DNA of 64,000 nt from Terrimicrobiaceae bacterium (GTDB lineage: Bacteria > Verrucomicrobiota > Verrucomicrobiia > Chthoniobacterales > Terrimicrobiaceae): assembly GCA_041752695.1 (NCBI GenBank), contig JBGSVZ010000042.1:1-64000 (forward strand). The letters run 5' to 3'. The stretch's first letter is position 1, and every line of letters starts with the position of its first letter. This document shows, one piece after another, positions 38,043 to 47,728 of this stretch. The position numbers were made by a program, and so were the translations under genes. The notes under the pieces are model-generated. The model ran no database searches, was not told where the DNA came from, and worked only from the letters and a program-made list of their open reading frames with translations.

Positions 38043-38831
38043 CTACGCGAATTGCGGAACCGCCGCCAGCAGGGTTTTTGTGTATTCGTGCTGGGGATTT
38101 TCGTAAATCTGCGCCGCAGGGGCCGCTTCCACAATTTTGCCATGGTGCATGACCATAACGAAGTCGCTGATATGCTCCACCACCGCCAAATCGTGTGCAA
38201 TGAAGAGGTAGGAAATCCCCAGTTCCTGCTGCAGGTCTTCCAGCAGATTGACAATCTGAGCCTGCACACTCACATCCAAGGCGCTCACCGGTTCGTCACA
38301 GACGATGAACCGGGGTTTCACCGCCAACGCCCGCGCGATGCCGATTCGCTGCCGCTGCCCGCCGCTGAATTCATGAGGATACCGCCGCGCCATCTCCGGT
38401 TTCAAGCCGACCTGTTTGAGCAACTCCTCCACCCGGTCACGACGCTCGGAAGCTTTCATTTTGGGAAAATGAATCTCCAGCGCCTCGGCGATGATCGCCC
38501 CGCAGGTCATGCGCGGATTGAGCGAACCGAAGGGGTCCTGAAAAATCATCTGCATCTCGCTCCGCAGCGGACGAAGCTGACGCTCGCTCATGGGCAGGAT
38601 GTCTTTGCCGTCGAACGTCACCGACCCGGAGGTCGCGGTAAGAAGCTTCATCAGGGCCCGGCCGACGGTAGTCTTTCCGCTCCCGCTTTCGCCGACCAGG
38701 CCGACGGTCTGACCGGCCTCGACGGTGAAACTCACCCCGTCCACCGCCTTCACATCGTCAACCTTGCGCCGCAGCACCCCGCCCAGAACGGGAAACCACA
38801 CACGCAGATCCTTCACTTCCAACAATGCCAT
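38043..38831 (-). CDS. peptide ABC transporter ATP-binding subunit (OppF/DppF-like)
   Basis: [20 protein letters not shown] and CDEPVSALD motifs. Confidence 0.93.
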   Translation of the reverse strand: MALLEVKDLRVWFPVLGGVLRRKVDDVKAVDGVSFTVEAGQTVGLVGESGSGKTTVGRALMKLLTATSGSVTFDGKDILPMSERQLRPLRSEMQMIFQDPFGSLNPRMTCGAIIAEALEIHFPKMKASERRDRVEELLKQVGLKPEMARRYPHEFSGGQRQRIGIARALAVKPRFIVCDEPVSALDVSVQAQIVNLLEDLQQELGISYLFIAHDLAVVEHISDFVMVMHHGKIVEAAPAAQIYENPQHEYTKTLLAAVPQFA

Positions 38832-38861
38832 CGCATCAAAGTGTCCCGCCGCCCCGAAAAA

Positions 38862-39461
38862 TCAAGCGTTGGCCTTCTGGGCGATCAGATAAACATGGTT
38901 TTCCGGGAACTGATCATATTCCACATGCCGGCAAAAGCAGCCGCAGTCTGCCAGCACGCGCAGATACCCATCCACCCCCAGGGTGCTGTAGCCAAAGTCC
39001 TCGTCCCAAAATGATCCAGTGATCTCGCCGGGTCCCGTGCCCCCGCAGGTGAAAAGCAGCACTCCCCCGGGAGCAAGCGCCGCACAGAGCTTTCGCGTGA
39101 CCGGGGCCTGACTGGCCATGGGCAGATGGAAGGTGCTATCCCACGCCGTCACCAGATCAAACTGCTCCGCCGGCCCCCACTCGGAGATGTCCCCAACGTG
39201 AAAAGTCGCCCGCGGGTTTCGCTCACGAGCCATGGCAATCATTGCGGAAGAAATATCCACCGCCTCGGCCGAAAACCCCTCCGCCTCGAAACGCGACAGA
39301 AAACGTCCGGTGCTCCCGCAGCCCACGTCAAGCGCCCGGCCTCGGCTTTTGACAAACCGCAATGCGCGTTCGAGTTGGTTGAGGCCGTACGTGTCGGGCG
39401 TCTCTTCCTGCCAGCGACGCGCCAGGCGATCATAAGCTTCTCCGGTTTTTTGAGGAGTCAT
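38862..39461 (-). CDS. class I SAM-dependent methyltransferase
   Basis: ALDVGCGS, VDISSAMI and LAPGG motifs. Confidence 0.88.
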   Translation of the reverse strand: MTPQKTGEAYDRLARRWQEETPDTYGLNQLERALRFVKSRGRALDVGCGSTGRFLSRFEAEGFSAEAVDISSAMIAMARERNPRATFHVGDISEWGPAEQFDLVTAWDSTFHLPMASQAPVTRKLCAALAPGGVLLFTCGGTGPGEITGSFWDEDFGYSTLGVDGYLRVLADCGCFCRHVEYDQFPENHVYLIAQKANA

Positions 39462-39566
39462 GACAAAACCCTGGCCGCACTCCCGAGTCCGTGCAAGTCC
39501 TCCGCCGACACCATCGCGATGAATTCTTGCCCGCACGCCCAACCTGGCCGAACCTACGGTCTGCGC

Positions 39567-40364
39567 ATGCCCCTTCGAATCCCGCCCATCCTGGCCGCTT
39601 TTGTCATGGCCCTCGCCTCCGCTCATGCCGAGGAGGCTTCCGTCTTCGGCACCCGTGAAGCCAGCGAGACCGCCCTCATTGGCATTCTTTACGATCTGAA
39701 GCAGGACCAAAACCTCAAGTCCAAGCAGATGGATGTTCCCACCTATGGCAAGGTGGTGGACGAGTTTCTGGCCAAGGGCTGGGACGAAAGTGTCCTCAAT
39801 CGCTACTACCGCGTCACCCGCCCGCTTTACACCACCCAGCTCTTTATTCCCCTGATTGCCGCCGACGCCGCGCCCAAGGCGTTCGGGGTCGAAAAGATCG
39901 TCAAACCCAGTTTCTGGCTGATTCATTACAAAGGTCAGGTCAGCGCCCCATCCGATGGCGAGTGGCGCTTTTGGGGCAATGGGGAAGAAGTTTGCAGCGT
40001 GGCCGTCGACGGCAGGCCCGTCCTGTTGGCCAACTGGAAGGAAATCACCACGCCCACCGTGGGATGGAAATCTCCGGAACCTCCCGGCCGCAAGGTGGCC
40101 AATTCTCAGATCCGTGCGGGGGACTGGATTTCCCTGAAAAAAGGCCAGGTCGTGGACCTCGACGTCCTCATCGGCGAACGTGCCGGTGGGGTTTTCTGCG
40201 CGTTTTTAATGATTGAAAAAAAAGGCGAGTCCTACCCCGAGGAGGACGGCCACCCGGTGTTCCCTGTCTTCCAACTTGGGCCTTTTGCGACGCCCCAGCC
40301 GAAGAGCACAAAAACCGGCCCGCCGATTTTGCCAGACGGTCCGATCTGGAAAGCCGTGCAGTAG
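39567..40364 (+). CDS. secreted hypothetical protein (PA14-like beta sandwich)
   Basis: Signal peptide ..ASAHA; IHYKGQVSAPSDGEWRFWG pattern. Confidence 0.7.
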   Translation: MPLRIPPILAAFVMALASAHAEEASVFGTREASETALIGILYDLKQDQNLKSKQMDVPTYGKVVDEFLAKGWDESVLNRYYRVTRPLYTTQLFIPLIAADAAPKAFGVEKIVKPSFWLIHYKGQVSAPSDGEWRFWGNGEEVCSVAVDGRPVLLANWKEITTPTVGWKSPEPPGRKVANSQIRAGDWISLKKGQVVDLDVLIGERAGGVFCAFLMIEKKGESYPEEDGHPVFPVFQLGPFATPQPKSTKTGPPILPDGPIWKAVQ

Positions 40365-40374
40365 AAGCGGATTT

Positions 40375-40920
40375 CTATCCGGCCAAAGGCTCGAACGTCT
40401 CGAGCAACTCGGAGAGGACCACCACCAGATTCGCCGAAGTTTTCAGTCCTGCACCCAGCGTCTGCGCCGTGGCGGCAACCTCCACCCGGATGCCTCTGCG
40501 CCGCAACTGCAACGCCAGATGGGAGAAATCGGCGTCGCCGGTCACCAGCACCACCACGTCAGGATTCATCACGAGAGAAAGTTCCATGGCATCGACCGCC
40601 ATCAGCACATCCACGTTCGCTTTATAATGGGTCTCGGCGGCCGGAGAGCCATCCTTCGCCATCACCAAAAAACCATGCGAGCGCAGCCAATGCAGGAATT
40701 TATTCTTCCGGTCGCGCTCCGCCTGCCACTCCGCCATCGCGGGAGGCAGTCCGGCATAAATCACCGTCTCCACCAACTCGCGCCCGGCCACGAGAAATTC
40801 CTGCAATTTGAGCCAGTCCAGCTTGCGATTGGCCGCCTTGGCAGAAGTCGTGACATTGGATTCATCGACGAGGACCAGGACCCGCGGGGCCGCCGGGGGC
40901 GGAGAAAGGGAACGTTTCAT
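40375..40920 (-). CDS. NYN-domain protein (LabA/DUF88 family)
   Basis: VDESN, KANVDVLMAVD and LVTGDADF...GIRVEV motifs. Confidence 0.88.
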   Translation of the reverse strand: MKRSLSPPPAAPRVLVLVDESNVTTSAKAANRKLDWLKLQEFLVAGRELVETVIYAGLPPAMAEWQAERDRKNKFLHWLRSHGFLVMAKDGSPAAETHYKANVDVLMAVDAMELSLVMNPDVVVLVTGDADFSHLALQLRRRGIRVEVAATAQTLGAGLKTSANLVVVLSELLETFEPLAG

Positions 40921-41019
40921 GAGGATTCAGCATGCCCGCAAATTTGACAGGGAACGAGCGGAAATTCTTCCCCGCCCTCAGCGCGAACAGTGGCCTCCCG
41001 AAAGAATCGTCGCCCGCAC

Positions 41020-41184
41020 TCAGGGGATGGCAAACTGCAAATTCGATCTCTCCCCGTCCCCCCAACTCCGCGCAACCGCATCCTTTCCTGCCACCGCGGC
41101 CTTTCCCTTGTTCAGCGCCAGGGCCTGCCGGAGGTCCCGCAGCAATTGGCGGCGGGTCTTGGACAGGGCCGAGGGTTTCCTCAT
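41020..41184 (-). CDS. small basic ORF (54 aa) coupled to kinase stop
   Basis: ATGA overlap at 41181-41184; MRKPSALSKTRRQLLRDLRQALALNKGK...; below the ORF-track cutoff. Confidence 0.4.
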   Translation of the reverse strand: MRKPSALSKTRRQLLRDLRQALALNKGKAAVAGKDAVARSWGDGERSNLQFAIP

Positions 41185-42452
41185 GGAGCCCCCCCCGGCG
41201 AGGTCGCCGGCTGGGTCTTTAAACCTAGATAAAACGTTGTCCCTTTTCCCAATCCTTCGCTTTCCACATCAAGCGTGCCTTCCTGGGCATCCGCAAGTTC
41301 CCGCGCAATGAACATGCCCAAGCCGAATCCCCCGCTGTGCCGGGGATTGGTGTCGTCGCACTGTTGATAGGCGAGGAAGACGCGTGGTAAAAAGTCCGCC
41401 GCGATTCCGGCCCCTTCATCGGTAACCCGGAAGTTGAGGTGGCCGGTGGCGTCGTTCGACGAGCCGATGAGAACACGCCCGCCCGGACGGGAAAACTTCA
41501 CGGCGTTCCGCACCACATTCCACAGGATCTGCTGGATGCGCAGGGAGTCTCCCCGGACGATGTTTTCCGTCGCCTTCAAGTCGAGCACGACATGGATGTG
41601 AGCGGCGGCGATTTCGCTCTGGCAGATCTCCACGACAAGGCGGACGGCATCGTGAGCGTCCACAGGCTCGAGCCGCAGATGCAACTTATGTTGACCGAGA
41701 GTGACGAAGTCCATCAGGTCCGCGATGAGGCGGGACTGCATCTCAACGCTGCGTTGAATCATGGAGAGCATAGGCCTCGCCTCGGCGAAGCGTGCGTCTC
41801 TCTCCAGGAGGGAGACCGCCAGCAGCACCGGGGTCAAAGGGGTGCGCAGTTCGTGAGCGAGCATGGCAAGGAAACGGTCTTTATCGATGGAGGCCCCCAT
41901 CGATTCGGCGACGCGGGCCTCCTGCGCGATCCGCCGCCCGGCCGTACCACGAAAGTTGAGAAGGAGACCGCTTTCCTGAGGCGAGCGCCAAGTGGCGAGG
42001 GAGGCCTCAACCGGGTGCCAGGTTCCGTCCCGGGCGAGGTGGCGGAAATCGACGGAGACCGGGCCGCGGCTTTGTACCGAGGCGAGACAGGCTGTTTCAA
42101 ACTTCAGCAAATCGTCGGGATGGACCAAGGCAAAAATACTGGTCCCCACCAAAGCGCTTGCTTCGTATCCCAGCATCGCCGTGATGGCCGCGCTCTGCAT
42201 CCGAATCTGACCCATGTCGCTGATTTCGGTAATAACATCCGGTGACCCCTTGAAGAGAGCCTTCAACCGGGATTCGCTCAGACTGAGATTTTCCTGGGCC
42301 GGTCGCAGAAGGTAGGCGTCACCGCTTGGTCCGATCACCGCATCAGCCTGCCCAGCAGTGGAATTTTGTAGACGGTCATCCGCATCGGCGAGGCCGCGGA
42401 TGAGTTCGGTGATTTCGCCGGCATTCTCCGGAGGGTGAGGAAGAGTCTTCAT
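41181..42452 (-). CDS. PAS-domain sensor histidine kinase
   Basis: PAS (VHPDD); LAHELRTPL, NVVRNAVKF, DEGAGI and GFGLG motifs. Confidence 0.93.
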   Translation of the reverse strand: MKTLPHPPENAGEITELIRGLADADDRLQNSTAGQADAVIGPSGDAYLLRPAQENLSLSESRLKALFKGSPDVITEISDMGQIRMQSAAITAMLGYEASALVGTSIFALVHPDDLLKFETACLASVQSRGPVSVDFRHLARDGTWHPVEASLATWRSPQESGLLLNFRGTAGRRIAQEARVAESMGASIDKDRFLAMLAHELRTPLTPVLLAVSLLERDARFAEARPMLSMIQRSVEMQSRLIADLMDFVTLGQHKLHLRLEPVDAHDAVRLVVEICQSEIAAAHIHVVLDLKATENIVRGDSLRIQQILWNVVRNAVKFSRPGGRVLIGSSNDATGHLNFRVTDEGAGIAADFLPRVFLAYQQCDDTNPRHSGGFGLGMFIARELADAQEGTLDVESEGLGKGTTFYLGLKTQPATSPGGAP

Positions 42453-42766
42453 GGTGTCTCCTTTTGCGGCAGCCCAAGAGCCCGAAGCACTTCATCCTCT
42501 TCGCTCAGGTTGCCGAGAATTTGCAAAGTCGGCGCCGGGGAAATTTTCACCACCGTGGGGGTCACCAGGATGCCGTCGCGCAAGGCGCGAACGGGTTCCT
42601 GTAAGACGTCAATCACCTCAATGGAGTGACTGTCCGGAAAATAGGTTCGACAAAGGGCATAAAGATTGGAGAGCGCCCGCACGGAGTTCGGCGAGCCGCC
42701 CGCGAGGTAGAGGCGGAAAACATACGCTCCGCGGGAATGGGTGGGGATTTTGGCGGTCTTGCTCAC
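42449..42766 (-). CDS. kaiB: circadian clock KaiB-family protein
   Basis: YVFRLYLAGGSPNSVRALSNL...IEVIDVLQEP...ILVTPT...ILGNLS. Confidence 0.93.
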   Translation of the reverse strand: MSKTAKIPTHSRGAYVFRLYLAGGSPNSVRALSNLYALCRTYFPDSHSIEVIDVLQEPVRALRDGILVTPTVVKISPAPTLQILGNLSEEDEVLRALGLPQKETP

Positions 42767-44316
42767 AGTCGCTTCCGGCCTTTCTTCGGCGCAGCGACCG
42801 GGCTCCCTGCTGCAGGTTCGCCGCCGCGGGTTTTTTCCCTCGCGCAGGCTTCCTCCTTTTCGCTGCGCATCGTGCCGACGAGCACCCGGCCACCGGAGGA
42901 ATACGGATCCGCCAACGTAATGCCCTCATCGCTTACGATGAGTTCGCGTTGTTGGTTCGAATGGTCGGTTCCGCGGGATTTGACAATGGAAAGACCGCGG
43001 TTGCGTTCCCCGTCGAGCAACTCGTAAGAGATCTGAATCCACGAATCGGCCATGGTCGAAACGTGCAGCGCGGTGGTTTCGCGGAAGCTGTCCTCGCCTT
43101 CCACCAGGCTGGTGAAAAGCGCGGTGATGCGGTCGTTGCGGCAAAGGTAGATCAGCCGTTCGGCCACGGCCCGTGCCGCAAGCTCGCCGCCGACTCTGGC
43201 GAGGGCCGAAATCGGGTCGATGGCGAGACAACGCGGTTTGTGTTCCGTGATGAGACGCTTGATCCTCATGCAGTGTTCCTCCGAGGAAGCGGCCTCGGTG
43301 CGAATCGCCTCCATTCGCAGATGCCCGCTCTCCAGATGGGGCGCGAGGTGGATATTCACCGTGGCAAGATCGCGCACGATGTCCCGGGAATTTTCATCGA
43401 AGGAGATGTAGAGCCCGCGCTCCTTCCGGCGGCAGGCGGCCTCGAGAAAGGCCCCTGCCAGCATGGACTTGCCCGTGCCGCAACTTCCCGTGATGAGGGC
43501 GTTGGTCCCTCGGTAAAATCCTCCACAAAGCATGTCATCGAGCCGGGCAACGCCGGTGGACACCCGCGAATGAAAGGGCTGCGGTTCGGGGTGCTCACCG
43601 TTTGACGAGCCCACTTCCAGGCCGGTCGGGCCGATGACGAAAGGAACTTCGTTCAAGACGTGCGCAGAGCCGCGGTATTTTAATAGGCGCATGGTGCGCA
43701 CCGCCACACGCTCGGTGAGGCGCTGGCCGAGAAGTACCGCGCAGTCGGCCATGAACGGCATGAAACCATATCGCTGCGCCGTCCCCGGCCGGTTGTCCTC
43801 CACTTTCGTGGTGAGGATGCCGGTGAGCTCATGCTCAACCAGCCAGGCATGAATCCGGTGAAGTTCACGGCATTCCGCGTCCGGGTCATTCAGCAGACTC
43901 AAGAGGACATCGATCGCGTCAAAAACAATCAGCTTGGCCCCCATCTCCCGGGCGACCACGGCCAGCCCCGCGAGCAGCCCGGTGAGATCAAAAACACCCG
44001 CCTTCACCGCATCCGAGCGCATCTGGGCATCGAGAAAAAAGAGCTGCTTTTTTTCCAGGTCGCGCATTTTCCAGCCAAAACGACGTCCATTCGCCGAGAC
44101 CTGCGCCGCTCGTTCCTCGAAGGCGACAAAGATGCCCGGGGTTTTGTGCTTGGTCGCGGCGTTGACCAGCATCTGCAAAGCCAGCACGGTCTTGCCGCAG
44201 CCCGGGCCGCCCATCAGCAGCGTCGTGCACCTCATGGGGATGCCGCCCTGGGTGATGTCGTCAAATCCCTTGATGCCGCTCGGCATTTTTTCCAGCGCAT
44301 CGGGCGGTTTTAACAT
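42763..44316 (-). CDS. kaiC: circadian clock KaiC protein (double ATPase domain)
   Basis: Walker A GGPGCGKT and GSCGTGKS; FEE/FDE; KYRG/KSRG; HVST phosphosite equivalent. Confidence 0.95.
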   Translation of the reverse strand: MLKPPDALEKMPSGIKGFDDITQGGIPMRCTTLLMGGPGCGKTVLALQMLVNAATKHKTPGIFVAFEERAAQVSANGRRFGWKMRDLEKKQLFFLDAQMRSDAVKAGVFDLTGLLAGLAVVAREMGAKLIVFDAIDVLLSLLNDPDAECRELHRIHAWLVEHELTGILTTKVEDNRPGTAQRYGFMPFMADCAVLLGQRLTERVAVRTMRLLKYRGSAHVLNEVPFVIGPTGLEVGSSNGEHPEPQPFHSRVSTGVARLDDMLCGGFYRGTNALITGSCGTGKSMLAGAFLEAACRRKERGLYISFDENSRDIVRDLATVNIHLAPHLESGHLRMEAIRTEAASSEEHCMRIKRLITEHKPRCLAIDPISALARVGGELAARAVAERLIYLCRNDRITALFTSLVEGEDSFRETTALHVSTMADSWIQISYELLDGERNRGLSIVKSRGTDHSNQQRELIVSDEGITLADPYSSGGRVLVGTMRSEKEEACAREKTRGGEPAAGSPVAAPKKGRKRL

Positions 44317-44951
44317 GCCATTACTCCCAACGTCATAGGCTCAGCCAGATCCTCTCTTTTCTCCGGCAGAATGCGCCCGACCGGAAAATCTTCCGACCGT
44401 GCCAGGTAGCGGAAGGACGGCGTCTCGCACTCGACGGATTCGATGATCGTGTCCAGTACGACGAGCGAAAGTGACCCGGGGTTGCAAGCCTGACCGGGAC
44501 GGCGGACGGGTTGGCGCATCTGGCGCGCCACACTCCGGATCGTCGGCAAATCTGTCACCACCGTGGCCTGCCCTCGCAGAACGGTCGTGGAGTTCAGATC
44601 ACGACTAAAGAAGAACCAGGTGACTTCACGGTGCATCCCGATCTCCGCCACCTTGCGGCTGCCCGGCGCAGTGAGCGCATAAAGGTGGGGATAAAAATCG
44701 AGGGAAAGCGACGCCATCCACCGCATCTGGGGCTGACGGTGCGCCCCCACGGTGGCGAGAATTCCCGGATGGTCGCCCGAGACCATTTCCCGGATCAGCG
44801 GCACGGCGGCGTCCTGGTTTTCCACGGTAGCGGAGTTATCGTAAAGCCGTCCGGACCGGGGCACGGTGGGCCCGGAGAAAAACCCCGGATCGCCGTATTG
44901 CGAAAACGGCACGGTTTGCAGGGGATGTTGAAATCCTGAGATGGTTTTCAT
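44310..44951 (-). CDS. pyridoxamine 5'-phosphate oxidase-like FMN-binding split-barrel protein
   Basis: GILATVGAHRQPQMRWM...LTAPGSRKVAEIGMHREV...VLRGQA. Confidence 0.7.
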   Translation of the reverse strand: MKTISGFQHPLQTVPFSQYGDPGFFSGPTVPRSGRLYDNSATVENQDAAVPLIREMVSGDHPGILATVGAHRQPQMRWMASLSLDFYPHLYALTAPGSRKVAEIGMHREVTWFFFSRDLNSTTVLRGQATVVTDLPTIRSVARQMRQPVRRPGQACNPGSLSLVVLDTIIESVECETPSFRYLARSEDFPVGRILPEKREDLAEPMTLGVMAC

Positions 44952-45017
44952 AAGCAAGTTACCGCACCATCGTGGGCCCGCCCTTCGATTTCGGCCAATA
45001 CCTCCCAAGCTCACTGC

Positions 45018-45095
45018 CATAGCCTAAGGCTATGAGGCTCCACGCCCGGGCGTCCCCTCGTCCCTCTCCGCTTATTGGTGATAGCCACGGGCTAT
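45018..45095. promoter_or_regulatory. two LysR-type T-N11-A boxes ATAGCC-N3-GGCTAT
   Basis: CATAGCCTAAGGCTATG at 45018-45034 and ATAGCCACGGGCTAT at 45081-45095. Confidence 0.75.
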
Positions 45096-45116
45096 AAGTT
45101 GCCCCAAGCTGGCCCC

Positions 45117-46013
45117 ATGGAGCTGCGTCATCTTCGCTACTTCGTTGCTGTGGCCGAGGAGCTGAGCTTTACGAAGGCTGCGCAGAAACTCCGCCTCGCC
45201 CAACCCTCGCTCACCCGCCAGGTGCGCAATCTGGAGGACGAGATCGGCGTGCGCCTCCTTGACCGCACCAACAACCGCGTGGCCCTCACGAACGAGGGCC
45301 GCCTCTTTCTTTTCGACTCCAAAAAACTCCTCGCGCTCTCTGCCGCCAGCGTCGCGGCCGTGCAGCGGCTGAAACACACCGGAAGCGCCCAGCTCAACAT
45401 TGGCTACGTCGCCAACGTCCACTACGGCCTCCTCCCCGCCACCCTCGGAGCCTTTCGCAAACTCTGCCCGCAGGTCGCCCTGAACCTTTTTGACATGTGC
45501 AGCGGCGAACAATTTGAAGCGCTCCACAGCCACAAAATCGACCTCGGCTTCGTCGGACTGGGACCGGCCAATGCGATCCCCGGCTTCCACACGGCATGCG
45601 TTTCGCAGGACACCATGTTCGTTGCCCTGCCGGTCGAGCATCCCCTCACCACCCGCAAAAAGATCCGGCTCGCCGACCTCGCGGGGCAGTTTTTTATCGG
45701 AATGGCGCCACGCACCCACCCGGGCGCCCGCGACTGGCTGCTGGAGCTCTGCCGGAAGGCGGGATTCTCCGCCAAGATCCTCCAGGAAGCCGACGACGAA
45801 CCGACGGCCATGCGGTTTGTGGCGGATGGACTGGGTGTCACATTGGTGCCTGGGCAGGTCACTAACCTCTCCCACGACGGAGTTGCCTTCCGCCAGCTCT
45901 CCCCGGCCCTCCACCGAGCCTCCACGATCGCCTGGAGAGCGGACAACCCCTCATTGCCCCTCAAGGATTACATCAAAATCGTCAGGGTGTTTTCTCAAGA
46001 GGAAACGATCTGA
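45117..46013 (+). CDS. LysR-family transcriptional regulator
   Basis: MELRHLRYFVAVAEELSFTKAA..QPSLTRQVRNLE. Confidence 0.95.
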   Translation: MELRHLRYFVAVAEELSFTKAAQKLRLAQPSLTRQVRNLEDEIGVRLLDRTNNRVALTNEGRLFLFDSKKLLALSAASVAAVQRLKHTGSAQLNIGYVANVHYGLLPATLGAFRKLCPQVALNLFDMCSGEQFEALHSHKIDLGFVGLGPANAIPGFHTACVSQDTMFVALPVEHPLTTRKKIRLADLAGQFFIGMAPRTHPGARDWLLELCRKAGFSAKILQEADDEPTAMRFVADGLGVTLVPGQVTNLSHDGVAFRQLSPALHRASTIAWRADNPSLPLKDYIKIVRVFSQEETI

Positions 46014-46048
46014 CGACAGGCAAACCTCTTTGCACCCAAGCGCTGTTC

Positions 46049-47632
46049 TTAAACGGCAGGCTGGGAAGTCGCCCCTCCGAGCTTCGATCCGTAATATTCA
46101 AAACTATCCGTCAGCGCGCGCCAGCTTGCGTCGATGATGTTATCGGAAACACCCACCGTGCCCCAGCTGTCGGAGCCGTTCGTGGAGACGATCAACACCC
46201 GGGTGCGGGCGGCGGTGCCGCGGGCTCCGTCCACGATCCGCACTTTGTAATCGGCCAGCCGAACCTGATCGATCCACGGATAAAATGGACGCATCGCCTT
46301 GCGGAGGGCGGCATCCAGCGCGTCCACCGGGCCATCCCCTTCCGCGACGGTGTATTCGGGAACCCCATCCACCAACAGCTTCACCGTGGCCTCACAGGGA
46401 TCCGAACCTTCACGTCCGCTACGGCGGTAATGGCAATGATATTCCTTCAGGTCGAAGAGCGGTTCGTATTCGTCCAAAGCGCGCCGGACGAGGAGTTCGA
46501 AAGAACCCTCCGCCGCTTCGTATTCGTAGCCCTCCGCTTCGGCGTCCTTGATCTGGCGCAGGATGGCTGCGACCTGGGGCGAGCCTTTTTCCAGGGAAAA
46601 TCCGAGAGCCTGCGCGCGCATAAGGATGTTGCTCTGACCCGACATGTCCGAGATCACGATGGTTTGGCGGTTGCCGACCAGCGAGGGATCCACGTGTTCA
46701 TAGGTGCGGGCCAGTTTTTGCACCGCATGAACATGCAGCCCGCCTTTGTGGGTAAAGGCCGCGGAACCGACATACGGCGCGCGGATATCGCGGGGCACGT
46801 TGGCCAGTTCGTCGACAAAGGCGGAAAGCTCCTGCAGTTTTGACAGATCGGGAGCAACCTGGAAGCCCAACTTGAGCTGGAGCGTGGGGATGACCGTGGT
46901 GAGGTTGCAATTGCCCACCCGTTCCCCGTAGCCATTGATGGTGCCCTGCACCTGCGAAGCGCCGGCCTGGATGGCGGCCAGCGCATTGGCCACGCCGAGT
47001 CCGCTGTCGTTGTGCGTATGGATGCCGACCGGGGCCTGGAGGTGCGCGATGGCCTTTGCGGTGACGCTCGCAACAAACTCCGGCAACGAGCCACCGTTGG
47101 TATCACAGAGCACCACCAGGTCCGCCCCGGCCTCACAGGCGGCCTTGATCGTGGCCAGCGAATACGCCTCGTCCTCGCGGAAGGCGTCGAAAAAATGCTC
47201 GGCGTCGTAAAGCACCTCGCGTCCATGGGCTTTCAAGTGACGCACGGTGTCGGCAATCATCGCCAGATTTTCCTCCAGGCTCACGTTAAAGACCTCGGTC
47301 ACGTGCAGCGGCCAGGTTTTCCCGACGATGGTGACGACGGGGGTCTTGGCATCGAGCAACATCTGAACCTGCGCATCGTCCTCGACCTTGGCTTTGCCCC
47401 GTCGGGTCATGCCGAAGGCGGAAATTTTGGCATGTTTCCAGGTGCGTTTGGCCGCCTCGTCAAAGAAGGCGGCATCCTTGGGATTGGAGCCCGGCCAGCC
47501 TCCCTCGATGTAATCAATGCCAAAGGCGTCGAGCTTCTCGGCGACCCGGATCTTATCGAGCACCGAGAAAGAGATGCCGGTGCCCTGCGTGCCGTCACGC
47601 AGCGTGGTGTCGTAGAGAGAGACTTTTTTCAT
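46049..47632 (-). CDS. cimA: citramalate synthase
   Basis: YDTTLRDGTQ, EGGWPGSNPKD, DAEHFFD, HTHND and HKGGLH motifs. Confidence 0.92.
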   Translation of the reverse strand: MKKVSLYDTTLRDGTQGTGISFSVLDKIRVAEKLDAFGIDYIEGGWPGSNPKDAAFFDEAAKRTWKHAKISAFGMTRRGKAKVEDDAQVQMLLDAKTPVVTIVGKTWPLHVTEVFNVSLEENLAMIADTVRHLKAHGREVLYDAEHFFDAFREDEAYSLATIKAACEAGADLVVLCDTNGGSLPEFVASVTAKAIAHLQAPVGIHTHNDSGLGVANALAAIQAGASQVQGTINGYGERVGNCNLTTVIPTLQLKLGFQVAPDLSKLQELSAFVDELANVPRDIRAPYVGSAAFTHKGGLHVHAVQKLARTYEHVDPSLVGNRQTIVISDMSGQSNILMRAQALGFSLEKGSPQVAAILRQIKDAEAEGYEYEAAEGSFELLVRRALDEYEPLFDLKEYHCHYRRSGREGSDPCEATVKLLVDGVPEYTVAEGDGPVDALDAALRKAMRPFYPWIDQVRLADYKVRIVDGARGTAARTRVLIVSTNGSDSWGTVGVSDNIIDASWRALTDSFEYYGSKLGGATSQPAV

Positions 47633-47728
47633 GGCAAAAGGGACGCAACCCTACGGGGGAATATTCCGCTAATCAAGCGCGAGCGCATTCCTCCTTGCCC
47701 GCCCGAACCGCTCCTGTTTACTACCCCG

